The notes beneath the pieces are model-generated. The model was not told the origin of the DNA and ran no database searches. It saw only the letters and a list, made by a program, of their open reading frames with translations. Shown here piece after piece: positions 9,956 through 18,273 of a DNA stretch of 64,000 nucleotides (the stretch's first letter is position 1; the number at the start of each line of letters is the position of its first letter). The DNA is from Gaiellaceae bacterium (GTDB taxonomy: Bacteria; Actinomycetota; Thermoleophilia; Gaiellales; Gaiellaceae). The DNA lies in the NCBI GenBank assembly GCA_035713675.1, contig DASSZE010000071.1:20463-84462 (forward strand), read 5' to 3'. The position numbers were made by a program, and so were the translations under genes.

Positions 9956-11084
9956 GGGCTCCCTCTCCGGCGCGGATCACGTCGCGCGCAGCGTCGAGCT
10001 TGTCCCAGACGTTCCAGAGCAGGACGCCGCGCGGCCGGCCGTCGTCGACATACGTGACGACGCCCTTGCGGAGCGGCTCCTGCCAGTCCTCGACCGCCTC
10101 GAGCCGCGAGTCGACGGCCCCGACGGCCTCGTAGCCGAGATCGAAGAGATCCGAGTAGAAGAAGGGGAGGTGGTCGTACGGCGTCTCGGCGCCGGCCATG
10201 TTCGCGCCGACCGCGCGGCCGTGCGAGTTCGCGTGATCCTCGTGCTCGATGCGCATCGACGTCCCGAGCGCGAGCACCGGGAAGCGGGCGACGTCGCCGG
10301 CGGCGAAGACGTCGGCCTGCCCGAGCGCGCGTCCGTACTCGTCGACGACGATCCCGTCCTCGACCTCGAGGCCTGCCGCCGACGCGAGCTCGACGTCGGG
10401 AACGACGCCGAGACCGGCCACGACGGCGTCGGCCTCGATCGTGCGGCCCGACTGTGTCTCGACCCGGTCGGCCGAGGCCGAGGCGACCATCTCGCCGGCG
10501 AGGACCTCGACGCCCTTCTCGCGGTAGTAGTCGGTAACGGAGGCAGAGAGGTCGGTGGGGAAGAGGCGGAAGCCGATGCCGGGCTCGGGGAAGAGCATCG
10601 TGACGCCGGCGCCGTTCTCGACGAGCGCGGCCGCGATCTCCGAGCCGATGAAGCCGCCGCCGATCACGGCGACCCGGGCTCCGTCGCCCACGGCTCCGCG
10701 CAGTCGGTGGTAGTCGTCGAGCGTCCGGAACCAGATGACGCCGTCGGCGCCCGGGATCTCGCGCGGCCGCGCGCCGGTGGCGAGCAGCAGCTTCTCCCAG
10801 CCGTACTCCTCGCCCTCGTCGTCGGTCGCTGTGTGCGCGGCGAGGTCGAGCGAGACGATGCGGCGGCCGGTGACGAGCTCGACGCCCTCGGCGGGCTCGC
10901 GCCAGAGCTTCTCCTCCGGCGCTCCCTTCCACAGCCCCTTCGTGAGCAACGGCCGCTTGTACGGCGGGTTCGGGTCGGCGCCGATCATCGTGATCGGCCC
11001 GTCCGGGTCGTGATCGCGGATGCCCTTCGCCGCCATGTCGCCGGTCATCCCGGCGCCGACGATCAGGTACTTGGTCGTGTTCAT
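9945..11084 (-). CDS. FAD/NAD(P)-dependent oxidoreductase (ferredoxin-reductase / AIF-like)
   Basis: Two dinucleotide folds (LIVGAGMTG, VAVIGGGFIGSEIAA) and ..FAAGDVA... No CxxxxC redox disulfide is seen. Confidence 0.85.
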   Translation of the reverse strand: MNTTKYLIVGAGMTGDMAAKGIRDHDPDGPITMIGADPNPPYKRPLLTKGLWKGAPEEKLWREPAEGVELVTGRRIVSLDLAAHTATDDEGEEYGWEKLLLATGARPREIPGADGVIWFRTLDDYHRLRGAVGDGARVAVIGGGFIGSEIAAALVENGAGVTMLFPEPGIGFRLFPTDLSASVTDYYREKGVEVLAGEMVASASADRVETQSGRTIEADAVVAGLGVVPDVELASAAGLEVEDGIVVDEYGRALGQADVFAAGDVARFPVLALGTSMRIEHEDHANSHGRAVGANMAGAETPYDHLPFFYSDLFDLGYEAVGAVDSRLEAVEDWQEPLRKGVVTYVDDGRPRGVLLWNVWDKLDAARDVIRAGEGALAV

Positions 11085-11096
11085 CTCAGCCCTCTT

Positions 11097-11330
11097 TCAG
11101 GAGGTGGAATCGAGCTCGAGCAGGGCGCGGAGGCTCTCGTGCTCCTCCGCGCACGCGGGACAGCCGACGAGATGGGCGCGCAGGCCGGGGACGAGCGCGT
11201 CGGCCGGAGCTCCCGCGAGCTCGAGCTCGACGTAGCGGTCGAGCTGCGCGAAGCACTCGTCGCAGTCGATCTCGGGCTCGTTGCTGCCGAGCAGGCGGAG
11301 AAGGGCCGGGTCCAGGTCACGTCCGGTCAC
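11097..11330 (-). CDS. small soluble ZAS-type anti-sigma factor (putative)
   Basis: 77 aa from GTG 11330, preceded by GGAGGAGG. The start shares a base with the sigma stop. Contains CDEC plus the H-x3-C-x2-C motif (HLVGCPAC). No TM segment. Confidence 0.6.
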   Translation of the reverse strand: MTGRDLDPALLRLLGSNEPEIDCDECFAQLDRYVELELAGAPADALVPGLRAHLVGCPACAEEHESLRALLELDSTS

Positions 11331-11977
11331 TACGCCTCCTCCAGGTATCCGGATGCCGCGACGTGCGCGCGAAGCCGCCGGCGTGCGTCGTGGAGCATCT
11401 TGTAGAGCGCGTTGCGGTTCGAGCCCAGCCGCTCGGCGAGGACGTCGATCGGGACGCCCTCGAGGACGACGGCGACGAGAACCTGCCGCTGCTTCGGTGT
11501 CAGCGCCGTGCGGATCCCCTCGCGCACGATCTCGAAGAGCGCCGCGGTCTCGGCGTCGTGGTCGGGCCCGGGACCGGCGTGAGCGAGATCGTCCCATTGC
11601 TCGGGCTCGAGCGTCACCTCCCGGTCGCGCCAGGCGCGCCGGCGCACCTTCACCGCCGCCTCGAGCAGCGCGAACTTGTACGCCCAGGTGCGGAAGCTGC
11701 TCTCGCCGCGGAAGTCGTCGAGGCGCCGCAGGACCGAGACCGCCGCGTCGTCGGCAGCTTCCTGGGCCAGGTCGTCGAGCTCGGCCGCCGAGACCCGGGA
11801 AAGAGCCTCGCGCCGCCGGAAGACCTCGAAGCGGGCGGCGCGGAGCAGGAGTCCGTGCAGCCGTGCGACGGCCTCTTCGCGGCGGGCGCCGGACGCGTGC
11901 AGGTCGAGGTGCCATTCCTCGAGCCCCGGGGCTGCTGCCAGCGCGCTCACGTCGGGATTAGTGTCCGGCGGAGCCAA
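11330..11977 (-). CDS. ECF-type RNA polymerase sigma factor
   Basis: Region 2 (..DDLAQEAADDAAVSVLRRLDDFRGESSFRTWAYKFAL..) and region 4 HTH (..PIDVLAERLGSNRNALYKMLHDARRRL..). The track start is TTG, so the exact start is uncertain. Confidence 0.85.
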   Translation of the reverse strand: MAPPDTNPDVSALAAAPGLEEWHLDLHASGARREEAVARLHGLLLRAARFEVFRRREALSRVSAAELDDLAQEAADDAAVSVLRRLDDFRGESSFRTWAYKFALLEAAVKVRRRAWRDREVTLEPEQWDDLAHAGPGPDHDAETAALFEIVREGIRTALTPKQRQVLVAVVLEGVPIDVLAERLGSNRNALYKMLHDARRRLRAHVAASGYLEEA

Positions 11978-12006
11978 CGTCTTACTTCTACACGCGAGAA
12001 CCCGCT

Positions 12007-12246
12007 CTACGCGGGCGCAAGCGCGGAGGTCCTCTCCGCCATCTCGCGGTCTCTCTGGGTGATGCCGCCCTCGGAATGCGTCGTCCAGCGAACGGTCACG
12101 CGGCGGTAGCGGATGTCGATGTCGGGGTGGTGGTTCTCGCTCTCGGCGAGCTCGGCAAGCCGGTCGACGAACGCGACCGCCTCGGGGAACGACGGCAGCT
12201 CGAACTCCCGCACGAGCGCGTCTCCCTGCTCCTGCCAGTCGGCCAT
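12007..12246 (-). CDS. phhB: pterin-4a-carbinolamine dehydratase (PCD/DCoH)
   Basis: 79 aa from the internal ATG 12246, with ..ENHHPDIDIRYRRVTVRWTTH... The N-terminal extension in the track ORF looks non-coding. Confidence 0.85.
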   Translation of the reverse strand: MADWQEQGDALVREFELPSFPEAVAFVDRLAELAESENHHPDIDIRYRRVTVRWTTHSEGGITQRDREMAERTSALAPA

Positions 12247-12307
12247 CCCGGGACTATTCCGGACCGGGACCTGCGGAGGCGGCTCGTTCGTACCAGACTG
12301 TGGAGGA

Positions 12308-12832
12308 GTGCGTGAGCCGAGTGACAGAGACCTCGTGCGGCGGGCGCGACGCGGCGACCGTGACGCCGCTGCGGCGCTGTTCAGGCGGTACTGGCGCGAC
12401 GCGTGGCGGGCGGCGTTCGCGATCACGGGGCGGCAGTCGCTCGCAGACGACGTGGCCGCGGACGGCTTCGAGCGCGCGTTCGCGGCGCTCGGGCGCTACG
12501 ACGAGCGCCGTCCGTTCGGGCCGTGGCTGCACCGGATCGTCGCCAACCGCGCGCTCGACCTCCTGCGTGCCGAGCGGCGCCTTTCCGACGAGGAGCTGCC
12601 CGAGACACCGGACTTCGCTCCTGCGCACGAGCCGGGCGACCGGAGCCTGCTCGCGGCCGTGGCCGAGCTCTCGGTCGAGCGCCGCGTCGTCGTCGTCCTG
12701 CGCTACGGAGTCGGGATGACGCCGAAGCAGATCGCCGAGGCGCTCGACCTCCCGGTCGGGACGGTCAACTCCCGGCTCGCGCGCTCGCTCGAGCAGCTGC
12801 GCGACTCACTGGAGGTCGAGCATGTCGAGTGA
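12308..12832 (+). CDS. ECF-type RNA polymerase sigma factor
   Basis: 174 aa from GTG 12308; the start is uncertain because GGAGGAG abuts it. Region 2 (..FGPWLHRIVANRALDLLR..) and region 4 (..MTPKQIAEALDLPVGTVNSRLARS..). Confidence 0.85.
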   Translation: MREPSDRDLVRRARRGDRDAAAALFRRYWRDAWRAAFAITGRQSLADDVAADGFERAFAALGRYDERRPFGPWLHRIVANRALDLLRAERRLSDEELPETPDFAPAHEPGDRSLLAAVAELSVERRVVVVLRYGVGMTPKQIAEALDLPVGTVNSRLARSLEQLRDSLEVEHVE

Positions 12833-13889
12833 GCTCGAGCGCCGGCTCGAGGGCCTGCTCGCCGGGGCGCCGGAGCCGGATCCGGGAGCGGGGGAGAAGG
12901 CGCAGCACCGGGCGCTGCGCGCTCTCCAGCCGGCCGCCCCCGCGCGTCGCGGCTTTCGCACCGTCGTCGTGGCCTTCGCCGCGGTCGTCGCCCTGCTCGC
13001 GGTCGCCGCCGGCTCGCTCGCGGCCGCGGGCGGGATCCACGTCAGCTTCGGCGCGAAGGCGAGGAAGCAGCCGTCGACGCGCATCCCGCTCTCGCTGCCG
13101 CAGGGAGCGGACGGGATCGCGGTGGTCGTGGACGGACGGCTCTCGGTCGTGACGCGCAGCGGCTTCCGGCTGCAGGGGCTTCCGGTCTCGGCCGTGACCC
13201 TGTCGCCGCACGCGCTCTACGTCGCCGCGGGTGTCGGCAGCTCGCTCGTGGCCCTGAGGCCCGACGCGCACCAGGCCTGGTCGCATCCCGCCGGCGGCCG
13301 GGTCGATGCGATCGCCTGGGCGCCGGACGGTCTGCGCATCGCCTATCTCGTCCATCACGAACACGACCGCTTCCCCTGGACCGTGCACGTCATCTGGGGG
13401 AACGGGACACACGATCAGGTCGTCGGCCGCAGCGTGAATCCGGTGAGACCGACCTGGCGGGCCGACTCGCTGGCCGTCGCGTACGTGGGTACCGACTACC
13501 GGCCGACCGTCTACGACCTGGCGCAGGCGGCCCACCACGTAATTCGCATGCATAAGCTCTTCGGCGGAGTCGCCAGGCTGGCATTCGCGCCCACGGGTGA
13601 CGTCCTCGCCGTCAACACGGGGCGCCGCACCGTCCTCGTCGGCAAGAGCCGCAAGACCGTCTGGCGCGGGAGCACCGACGGGATCGGCTGGCTCGACGGC
13701 CGGCTGGCAGTGGCAGCCGCGACGCCGGGGCTCCCGCGCCACATCTACGCGTTCTCCACCCACGGCAAGATCCTCGCGCTCGTCACCGCGGACGGTCGGA
13801 CGGCGCGAGTTCTCGCCGGGCCGGCCGGACGTCTGCGCGCGGTGTTCGCGGTCCCGGACGAGCCCGTCTCCGCGGTCGAGGTCGGCTAG
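12822..13889 (+). CDS. single-pass membrane protein with PD40/TolB-like beta-propeller repeats (candidate anti-sigma partner)
   Basis: Overlaps the ECF sigma gene by 11 nt. One TM (VVVAFAAVVALLAVAAGSLAAAG), then repeats such as ..AWAPDGLRIAYLV.., ..PTWRADSLAVAYVG.., ..LAFAPTGDVLAV... No recognisable zf-HC2 domain. Confidence 0.6.
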   Translation: MSSELERRLEGLLAGAPEPDPGAGEKAQHRALRALQPAAPARRGFRTVVVAFAAVVALLAVAAGSLAAAGGIHVSFGAKARKQPSTRIPLSLPQGADGIAVVVDGRLSVVTRSGFRLQGLPVSAVTLSPHALYVAAGVGSSLVALRPDAHQAWSHPAGGRVDAIAWAPDGLRIAYLVHHEHDRFPWTVHVIWGNGTHDQVVGRSVNPVRPTWRADSLAVAYVGTDYRPTVYDLAQAAHHVIRMHKLFGGVARLAFAPTGDVLAVNTGRRTVLVGKSRKTVWRGSTDGIGWLDGRLAVAAATPGLPRHIYAFSTHGKILALVTADGRTARVLAGPAGRLRAVFAVPDEPVSAVEVG

Positions 13890-14845
13890 CGCAGCCAGAG
13901 GGTGATCGCGACGTAGCGCGCCGCCGGCGCGACCTTCGTCGTCCACAGGCGGTGGAGGTCGCCGGCGCGGAACTCGCTCACGCTGCCGGTGAAGAGCGAC
14001 GTGGTCACGACCGAGCCCCCGTACGTCGCGAGGTTGAACGACCCGTACGGAGCGGGAACGACGCGACGACCGCATCCCGGGCGCCAGCACATCGAGGTGA
14101 GCGTGGATCCATAGCCGCTCGTGATCAGCACGTGCCGGCCCGAGAACCCGACGTGCTGGGGAGCGTGACCGCCGTCGGCGCCCTCGAGGATCCGGCCCGT
14201 CTCCGCGGAGTAGATCCCTACCTCGGACGTCCCGGCGGAGCTGATCCACACCGTGCGGCCGTCCGGCGCGAAACGCAGGTCGTGGGCGGCGTCCCGTGGG
14301 TGGAAGCGTCCGACGACGCGTGGTCTGGGCGGGTTCGAGGCGTCGAGGCGGACGATCGTTCGTGCCGTCTCGCCGAGCGCGACCCAGATCCGGCGCCCGT
14401 CCGGGCTGATCCCGAAATGGTGGGCCCGCGAGCCGACGAAGACTCGCCCCACGATCTTTCGCTCGGCCAGGTCGATCGCGGTGAGGTCTCCCGTGCGCTC
14501 GTCGGTGACGTACGCGATCCGGCCGCCGGGTGCGACGGCCGCGACCCTCGGCGCGCGGAACGCGTGGAAGACCCTGATCGGGCGCAGGCTCCGCGAGGCG
14601 ATCAGGGTCACGGTCCCGGCCGGGTTCACGACGACGGCGGGCCCGCGGAGCGGCGCGGCGATCATCAGCGGGTCGGCGAGGTGGATGCGCCGCAGGATCC
14701 GTCCGCCGTGCGGCCCGAGCGAGACGGCGGTCACCTGATTCGACGTCTCGGCGGTGACGAGTGCGACCGGGCGCTCCGCAGGCGAGCCCGCCGGCGCCGC
14801 CGGGACGACGCAGACGGCGAGGACGAGGAGTGCGAGCCTGCGCAT
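13886..14845 (-). CDS. secreted YVTN/YncE-like beta-propeller protein
   Basis: Signal peptide MRRLALLVLAVCVVPAAPAG. Repeats ..GRIAYVTDERTGDLTAIDL.., ..SPDGRRIWVAL.., ..APDGRTVWISS... Confidence 0.7.
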   Translation of the reverse strand: MRRLALLVLAVCVVPAAPAGSPAERPVALVTAETSNQVTAVSLGPHGGRILRRIHLADPLMIAAPLRGPAVVVNPAGTVTLIASRSLRPIRVFHAFRAPRVAAVAPGGRIAYVTDERTGDLTAIDLAERKIVGRVFVGSRAHHFGISPDGRRIWVALGETARTIVRLDASNPPRPRVVGRFHPRDAAHDLRFAPDGRTVWISSAGTSEVGIYSAETGRILEGADGGHAPQHVGFSGRHVLITSGYGSTLTSMCWRPGCGRRVVPAPYGSFNLATYGGSVVTTSLFTGSVSEFRAGDLHRLWTTKVAPAARYVAITLWLR

Positions 14846-14904
14846 GCATCGGATACGTGCAGAGCGATCCGAGCGGTCCCGGTGAGCTACGGTGTCGCCG
14901 TCGG

Positions 14905-14979
14905 CGGGGCGTAGCGCAGCCTGGTTAGCGCGCCAGTCTGGGGGACTGGAGGTCCCGAGTTCGAATCTCGGCGCCCCGA
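14905..14979 (+). tRNA. tRNA-Pro (anticodon GGG)
   Basis: Cloverleaf folded by hand. Acceptor CGGGGCG/CGCCCCG, D-arm GCGC-AGCCTGGTTA-GCGC, anticodon arm CCAGT-CTGGGGG-ACTGG (GGG at 34-36), T-arm CCGAG-TTCGAAT-CTCGG, discriminator A. CCA is not encoded. Confidence 0.9.
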
Positions 14980-15025
14980 CTCCAACGAGACACAGGTCGC
15001 GCAGCGCTGGGTGTCCAAGGGGACG

Positions 15026-15511
15026 CTAATGCCGCGTGTGGAACTCGTGCACGACGGCATGACCGCGACCGCGCGCGATCAGCCAGCGGTTCACGGGCAC
15101 CGTCAGGACGAAGGCGATCACGAGGCTGACCGCGAGGCTCCACCAGAAGAGCCCGTCGGCGAGGCCGGCGGCGATCGCGCCGGGGACGACGAGGATGAAC
15201 GCGTTGTCGACGATCTCCATGGTCGTGATCGAGACGGTGTCGCTCGCCAGGGCGACACCGACCGCGCGCCGGAAGTCCACGCCGGCCCGGAGCACCGGGC
15301 CAATCGTCAGCGCGTATCCGAACAGGAAGGCGAGGGCGACCGAGACGGCGATCGAGGTCGCGTTCCCCCAGCCGAGCGCGGCGGCGAGAACCATGCCGAG
15401 AACTTCACCGATCGCGCAGCCGGTCAAGCAGTGCAGGGTCGCCTGGACGGCGCTGCGCGTGAGAGAGCCGGGATGTCCGGGCGCGTGCTGATGCTGGTGC
15501 CGATGCTCCAC
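15026..15511 (-). CDS. DUF4396-like membrane protein with His-rich termini
   Basis: 161 aa, ..LHCLTGCAIGEVLG.. plus 4 TM segments. N-terminus MEHRHQHQHAPGH, C-terminus ..HAVVHEFHTRH. Confidence 0.75.
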   Translation of the reverse strand: MEHRHQHQHAPGHPGSLTRSAVQATLHCLTGCAIGEVLGMVLAAALGWGNATSIAVSVALAFLFGYALTIGPVLRAGVDFRRAVGVALASDTVSITTMEIVDNAFILVVPGAIAAGLADGLFWWSLAVSLVIAFVLTVPVNRWLIARGRGHAVVHEFHTRH

Positions 15512-15674
15512 CGGGAGTCCTTGGATTCAGACGGCGCTCATCTGGGGGGACTGACTTCCGCTCCTACCCCGACGCCGCAGATCGAAAAATGGTGTCTCGA
15601 CCTGATCGCGACGGGCGACAGCTGACGCAAGGCTGCCCGGGATCGAGTCTTGACGATTTGGAAGGAGAGACGAA

Positions 15675-16160
15675 ATGCACGAGTTGGTTGTCACCAGGGC
15701 GGGGTTCGAGCGGCTGAGCGGCGAACTCGAACGGCTGAAGGTCGCCGGCCGACGCGCGATGGCCGACCGCTTGCGCCAAGCGGCGTCGAGCGAGGCGAAT
15801 CGAGTCGAGAGCGCCGAGTACATCGAGACACGCGACGCGCAGGCTCAGCTCGAGCGTCGCATCGCGCTGCTCGAAGGCGCACTGCGCTCGGCGCGGGTGG
15901 TGGAGCCGAGACTGGGGAACGGTCGCGTGGACGTCGGCGAGCGCGTCCGTGTGCGTGATCTGTCGTCCAAGCGGCGCTTGGAGGTCGAGCTCGTCGGCCA
16001 GGCCGAAGCCGACCTCGCCGCCGGACGTGTCTCCGTCGCGTCCCCATTGGGAGGAGCGCTCGTCGGACTGCGTGAGGGAGAGATCGCGTACGTCGAGGCG
16101 CCCCGAGGAAGGCTCCGCTACAAGGTGCTGGCGGTCGAGCTTCCGGCTCCGGGAGTCTGA
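15675..16160 (+). CDS. GreA/GreB-family transcription factor paralogue
   Basis: Coiled-coil N-domain plus C-domain (..GERVRVRDL...VELVG..EADLAAGRVSVASPLGGALVGLREGE..). The tip motif reads NRVESAEY instead of DLxENAEY. SD GGAAGGAGAG lies upstream. Confidence 0.85.
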   Translation: MHELVVTRAGFERLSGELERLKVAGRRAMADRLRQAASSEANRVESAEYIETRDAQAQLERRIALLEGALRSARVVEPRLGNGRVDVGERVRVRDLSSKRRLEVELVGQAEADLAAGRVSVASPLGGALVGLREGEIAYVEAPRGRLRYKVLAVELPAPGV

Positions 16161-16195
16161 GCCTCGCCGGACTCGCCGAAGGCATCGCAGCCGTG

Positions 16196-16462
16196 TCAGC
16201 CGTCGATCTCGACGATCTCGAGCCGGCTGAGCCGGCCCTGGCTCGAAATCGCGACCACATCGCCGATGTGGCGGCCGAGGAGCGCCGCGCCGAGGGGAGT
16301 GTCGGTCGGGACCTCGCCGTCCTCCGTCGGGGTCGAGTCTGCCGCGACGATGCGGTAGTCGTGCACGGCACTCGTGGTCAGATCGAGAACCGTCACCCGT
16401 TCCCCGATCTCGACCTCTCCGTCGTGAGCCGGCAGGTTCGTGGTGGGCGGCTCGAGGCTCAT
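16196..16462 (-). CDS. Gre-factor C-terminal-domain-only protein
   Basis: 88 aa from the internal ATG 16462. ..GERVTVLDL....YRIVA.......VPTDTPLGAALLGRHIGDVV.. matches the GreA/B C-terminal domain. No coiled-coil domain. Confidence 0.7.
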   Translation of the reverse strand: MSLEPPTTNLPAHDGEVEIGERVTVLDLTTSAVHDYRIVAADSTPTEDGEVPTDTPLGAALLGRHIGDVVAISSQGRLSRLEIVEIDG

Positions 16463-16557
16463 GAGGCCCCCTCGCTGACGAGCGTGACGACGAGCATCGC
16501 GACTATCAGCGACACGATCACCCAGGCGAATACGCGTTGATACCCGGCCACCTGCAT
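16459..16557 (-). CDS. candidate 32-aa membrane micro-protein (not in ORF track)
   Basis: ATG 16557 is preceded by GAAGGAGG. It encodes MQVAGYQRVFAWVIVSLIVAMLVVTLVSEGAS with one TM. Its TGA overlaps the ATG of the downstream Gre-C gene (ATGA). G/C-ending codons predominate. Confidence 0.4.
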   Translation of the reverse strand: MQVAGYQRVFAWVIVSLIVAMLVVTLVSEGAS

Positions 16558-16652
16558 AGCCTCCTTCTGCATCGGTGTCATCTCGACGGTGCCCGCCGTA
16601 CGACGAGGACGCCATCGGGCCGTGGCCCCATCCTGACCGGGCGTGCCCGGCG

Positions 16653-17312
16653 TCAGGGCTGGATCAGGCCGCGGCGGATTGCGTAGCGGGTGAGCTCGAC
16701 GCGGTCACTCATGCCCAGCTTGTCCAGGATGTTCTGGCGGTGCCGCTCGACGGTCTTGACGCTGATCACCAGCTCCTGAGCGATCTCCTTCGACGTGTGG
16801 GCCTCGGCGATCAGCTTCAACACCTGCAGTTCGCGCGGAGTGAGGATGTCGAACTGCTCTTCTTCGGGCCGGCCGCGCTCGACGAAGTCCTTGACGAGCG
16901 TGGAGACGGCCGACGGGTAGAGGAACGACTGGCCACGCATCGTCCGCCGCACCGCCTCGACGATGTCCTGGTCGGCGTCCGACTTCAGCACGTAGCCCGA
17001 GGCGCCGGCCCTGAGCGATTCGTAGAGGAACTGCTCGCTGTCGTACATGGACAGCATCAGCAGGCGCAGCTCCGGCTTGCGCTTGTGCAGCTCTGCAGCG
17101 GCCTGGATGCCGGTCGTCTTGGGCATCGACACGTCGAGGATCGCCAGGTGGATGTCCTCGCTCAGCGCCTTCTTCACCGCTTCGGCACCGTCGTCGGCCT
17201 CTGCGGCGACCTCCATGTCCGGCTGGGCGTCGATGACCTTCTTGAGGCCCGAGCGGACGATCGGATGATCGTCGGCGACGAGGATGCGGGTCACGAGCGG
17301 GATCGGCATCAA
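16653..17312 (-). CDS. NarL/LuxR-family response regulator
   Basis: Receiver domain (..ILVADDHPIVR.., ..LAILDVSMPK..) plus LuxR HTH (..LTPRELQVLKLIAEAHTSKEIAQELVISVKTVERHRQNI..). Confidence 0.93.
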   Translation of the reverse strand: MMPIPLVTRILVADDHPIVRSGLKKVIDAQPDMEVAAEADDGAEAVKKALSEDIHLAILDVSMPKTTGIQAAAELHKRKPELRLLMLSMYDSEQFLYESLRAGASGYVLKSDADQDIVEAVRRTMRGQSFLYPSAVSTLVKDFVERGRPEEEQFDILTPRELQVLKLIAEAHTSKEIAQELVISVKTVERHRQNILDKLGMSDRVELTRYAIRRGLIQP

Positions 17313-18247
17313 CTGCTCCCTGCCGGCACTTCGAGCCTCACCTCGACGCCCCCTTCTCTGCCTTGCTTGACCGCGAGGGCACCGCCCACGAGCAAGGCGC
17401 GTTCGCGCATTCCGCGCAGCCCGCCGTGACCGTTCAACGCGAACGCATCGGGGGTCGGCATTCCCCGCCCGTCGTCCGCCACGCGGAGCACGACGCTGTC
17501 GGCTCCGGGCTGGAGGGCGATCTCGACCCGCCTTGCGTCTGCATGGCGCGCGATGTTGGTCAGGCTCTCCTGCGCTACCCGGTACACCGCCAACTCGACT
17601 TCATCCGAGAGTTGCGGAAGATCGGTGGCGAAGCGGCGCTCGACGTGGACGCCGCTCGACTCGGCGAACTTGCGCGCGAGCTCGGTCAGGGCGCTGACGA
17701 GCCCGAGCTGCTCCAGCATCTCGGGGCGCAGCTCTCGTGCGATCCGACGCACCTCGTCGAGCGCCTGCCGCACCGCCTCCTTCGTCTCGTCGTCGTCGAG
17801 TCGTAGCAGCACGCCCGTGAGCACCTGCCCGACCTCGTCGTGCAGGCCGCTGGCGATCCGACGCCGCTCCGCCTCCTGGGCGCGCAGCGCGCGCTGGCCG
17901 CTTTCGCGCCGCTCGGCCTCGAGGCGGCCCAGCATCTCGTTGAAGGCCCGAGTCAGTTCGCCGACCTCCATGCCCCCCTCCTCGGGGATGCGCTGACCGG
18001 GCTGGAGCAGATCGATCTTGCGCATCCGTTCGACCAGCCGTCCGATGGGTTGGAGCGTGCGACGAAGCAGCAAGAAGTTCGCCGCGAGCATCACGAGCAG
18101 AGCGACCGCGAGATCGACGCCTTCGACGATCGCGATCCGCGCGTGAACCGTGACACGTGTCAGCGCCAGCAGTAGCGTCGCGATCGCGAGCAGCGCGGCG
18201 TTGATCGCGAAGACTCGCCAGAGCAGCGGTAGTCGTGAGTGACGCAT
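17309..18247 (-). CDS. sensor histidine kinase (HisKA_3 type, two TM with minimal loop, HAMP)
   Basis: H-box ..IASGLHDEVGQVL.., N/G boxes ..ESLTNIARHA.., ..DDGRGM.., ..GHGGLRGMRERA... Overlaps the response regulator by 4 nt. Confidence 0.9.
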   Translation of the reverse strand: MRHSRLPLLWRVFAINAALLAIATLLLALTRVTVHARIAIVEGVDLAVALLVMLAANFLLLRRTLQPIGRLVERMRKIDLLQPGQRIPEEGGMEVGELTRAFNEMLGRLEAERRESGQRALRAQEAERRRIASGLHDEVGQVLTGVLLRLDDDETKEAVRQALDEVRRIARELRPEMLEQLGLVSALTELARKFAESSGVHVERRFATDLPQLSDEVELAVYRVAQESLTNIARHADARRVEIALQPGADSVVLRVADDGRGMPTPDAFALNGHGGLRGMRERALLVGGALAVKQGREGGVEVRLEVPAGSS

Positions 18248-18273
18248 CGGTGACGGGATCGTCGCCGAGCGTA

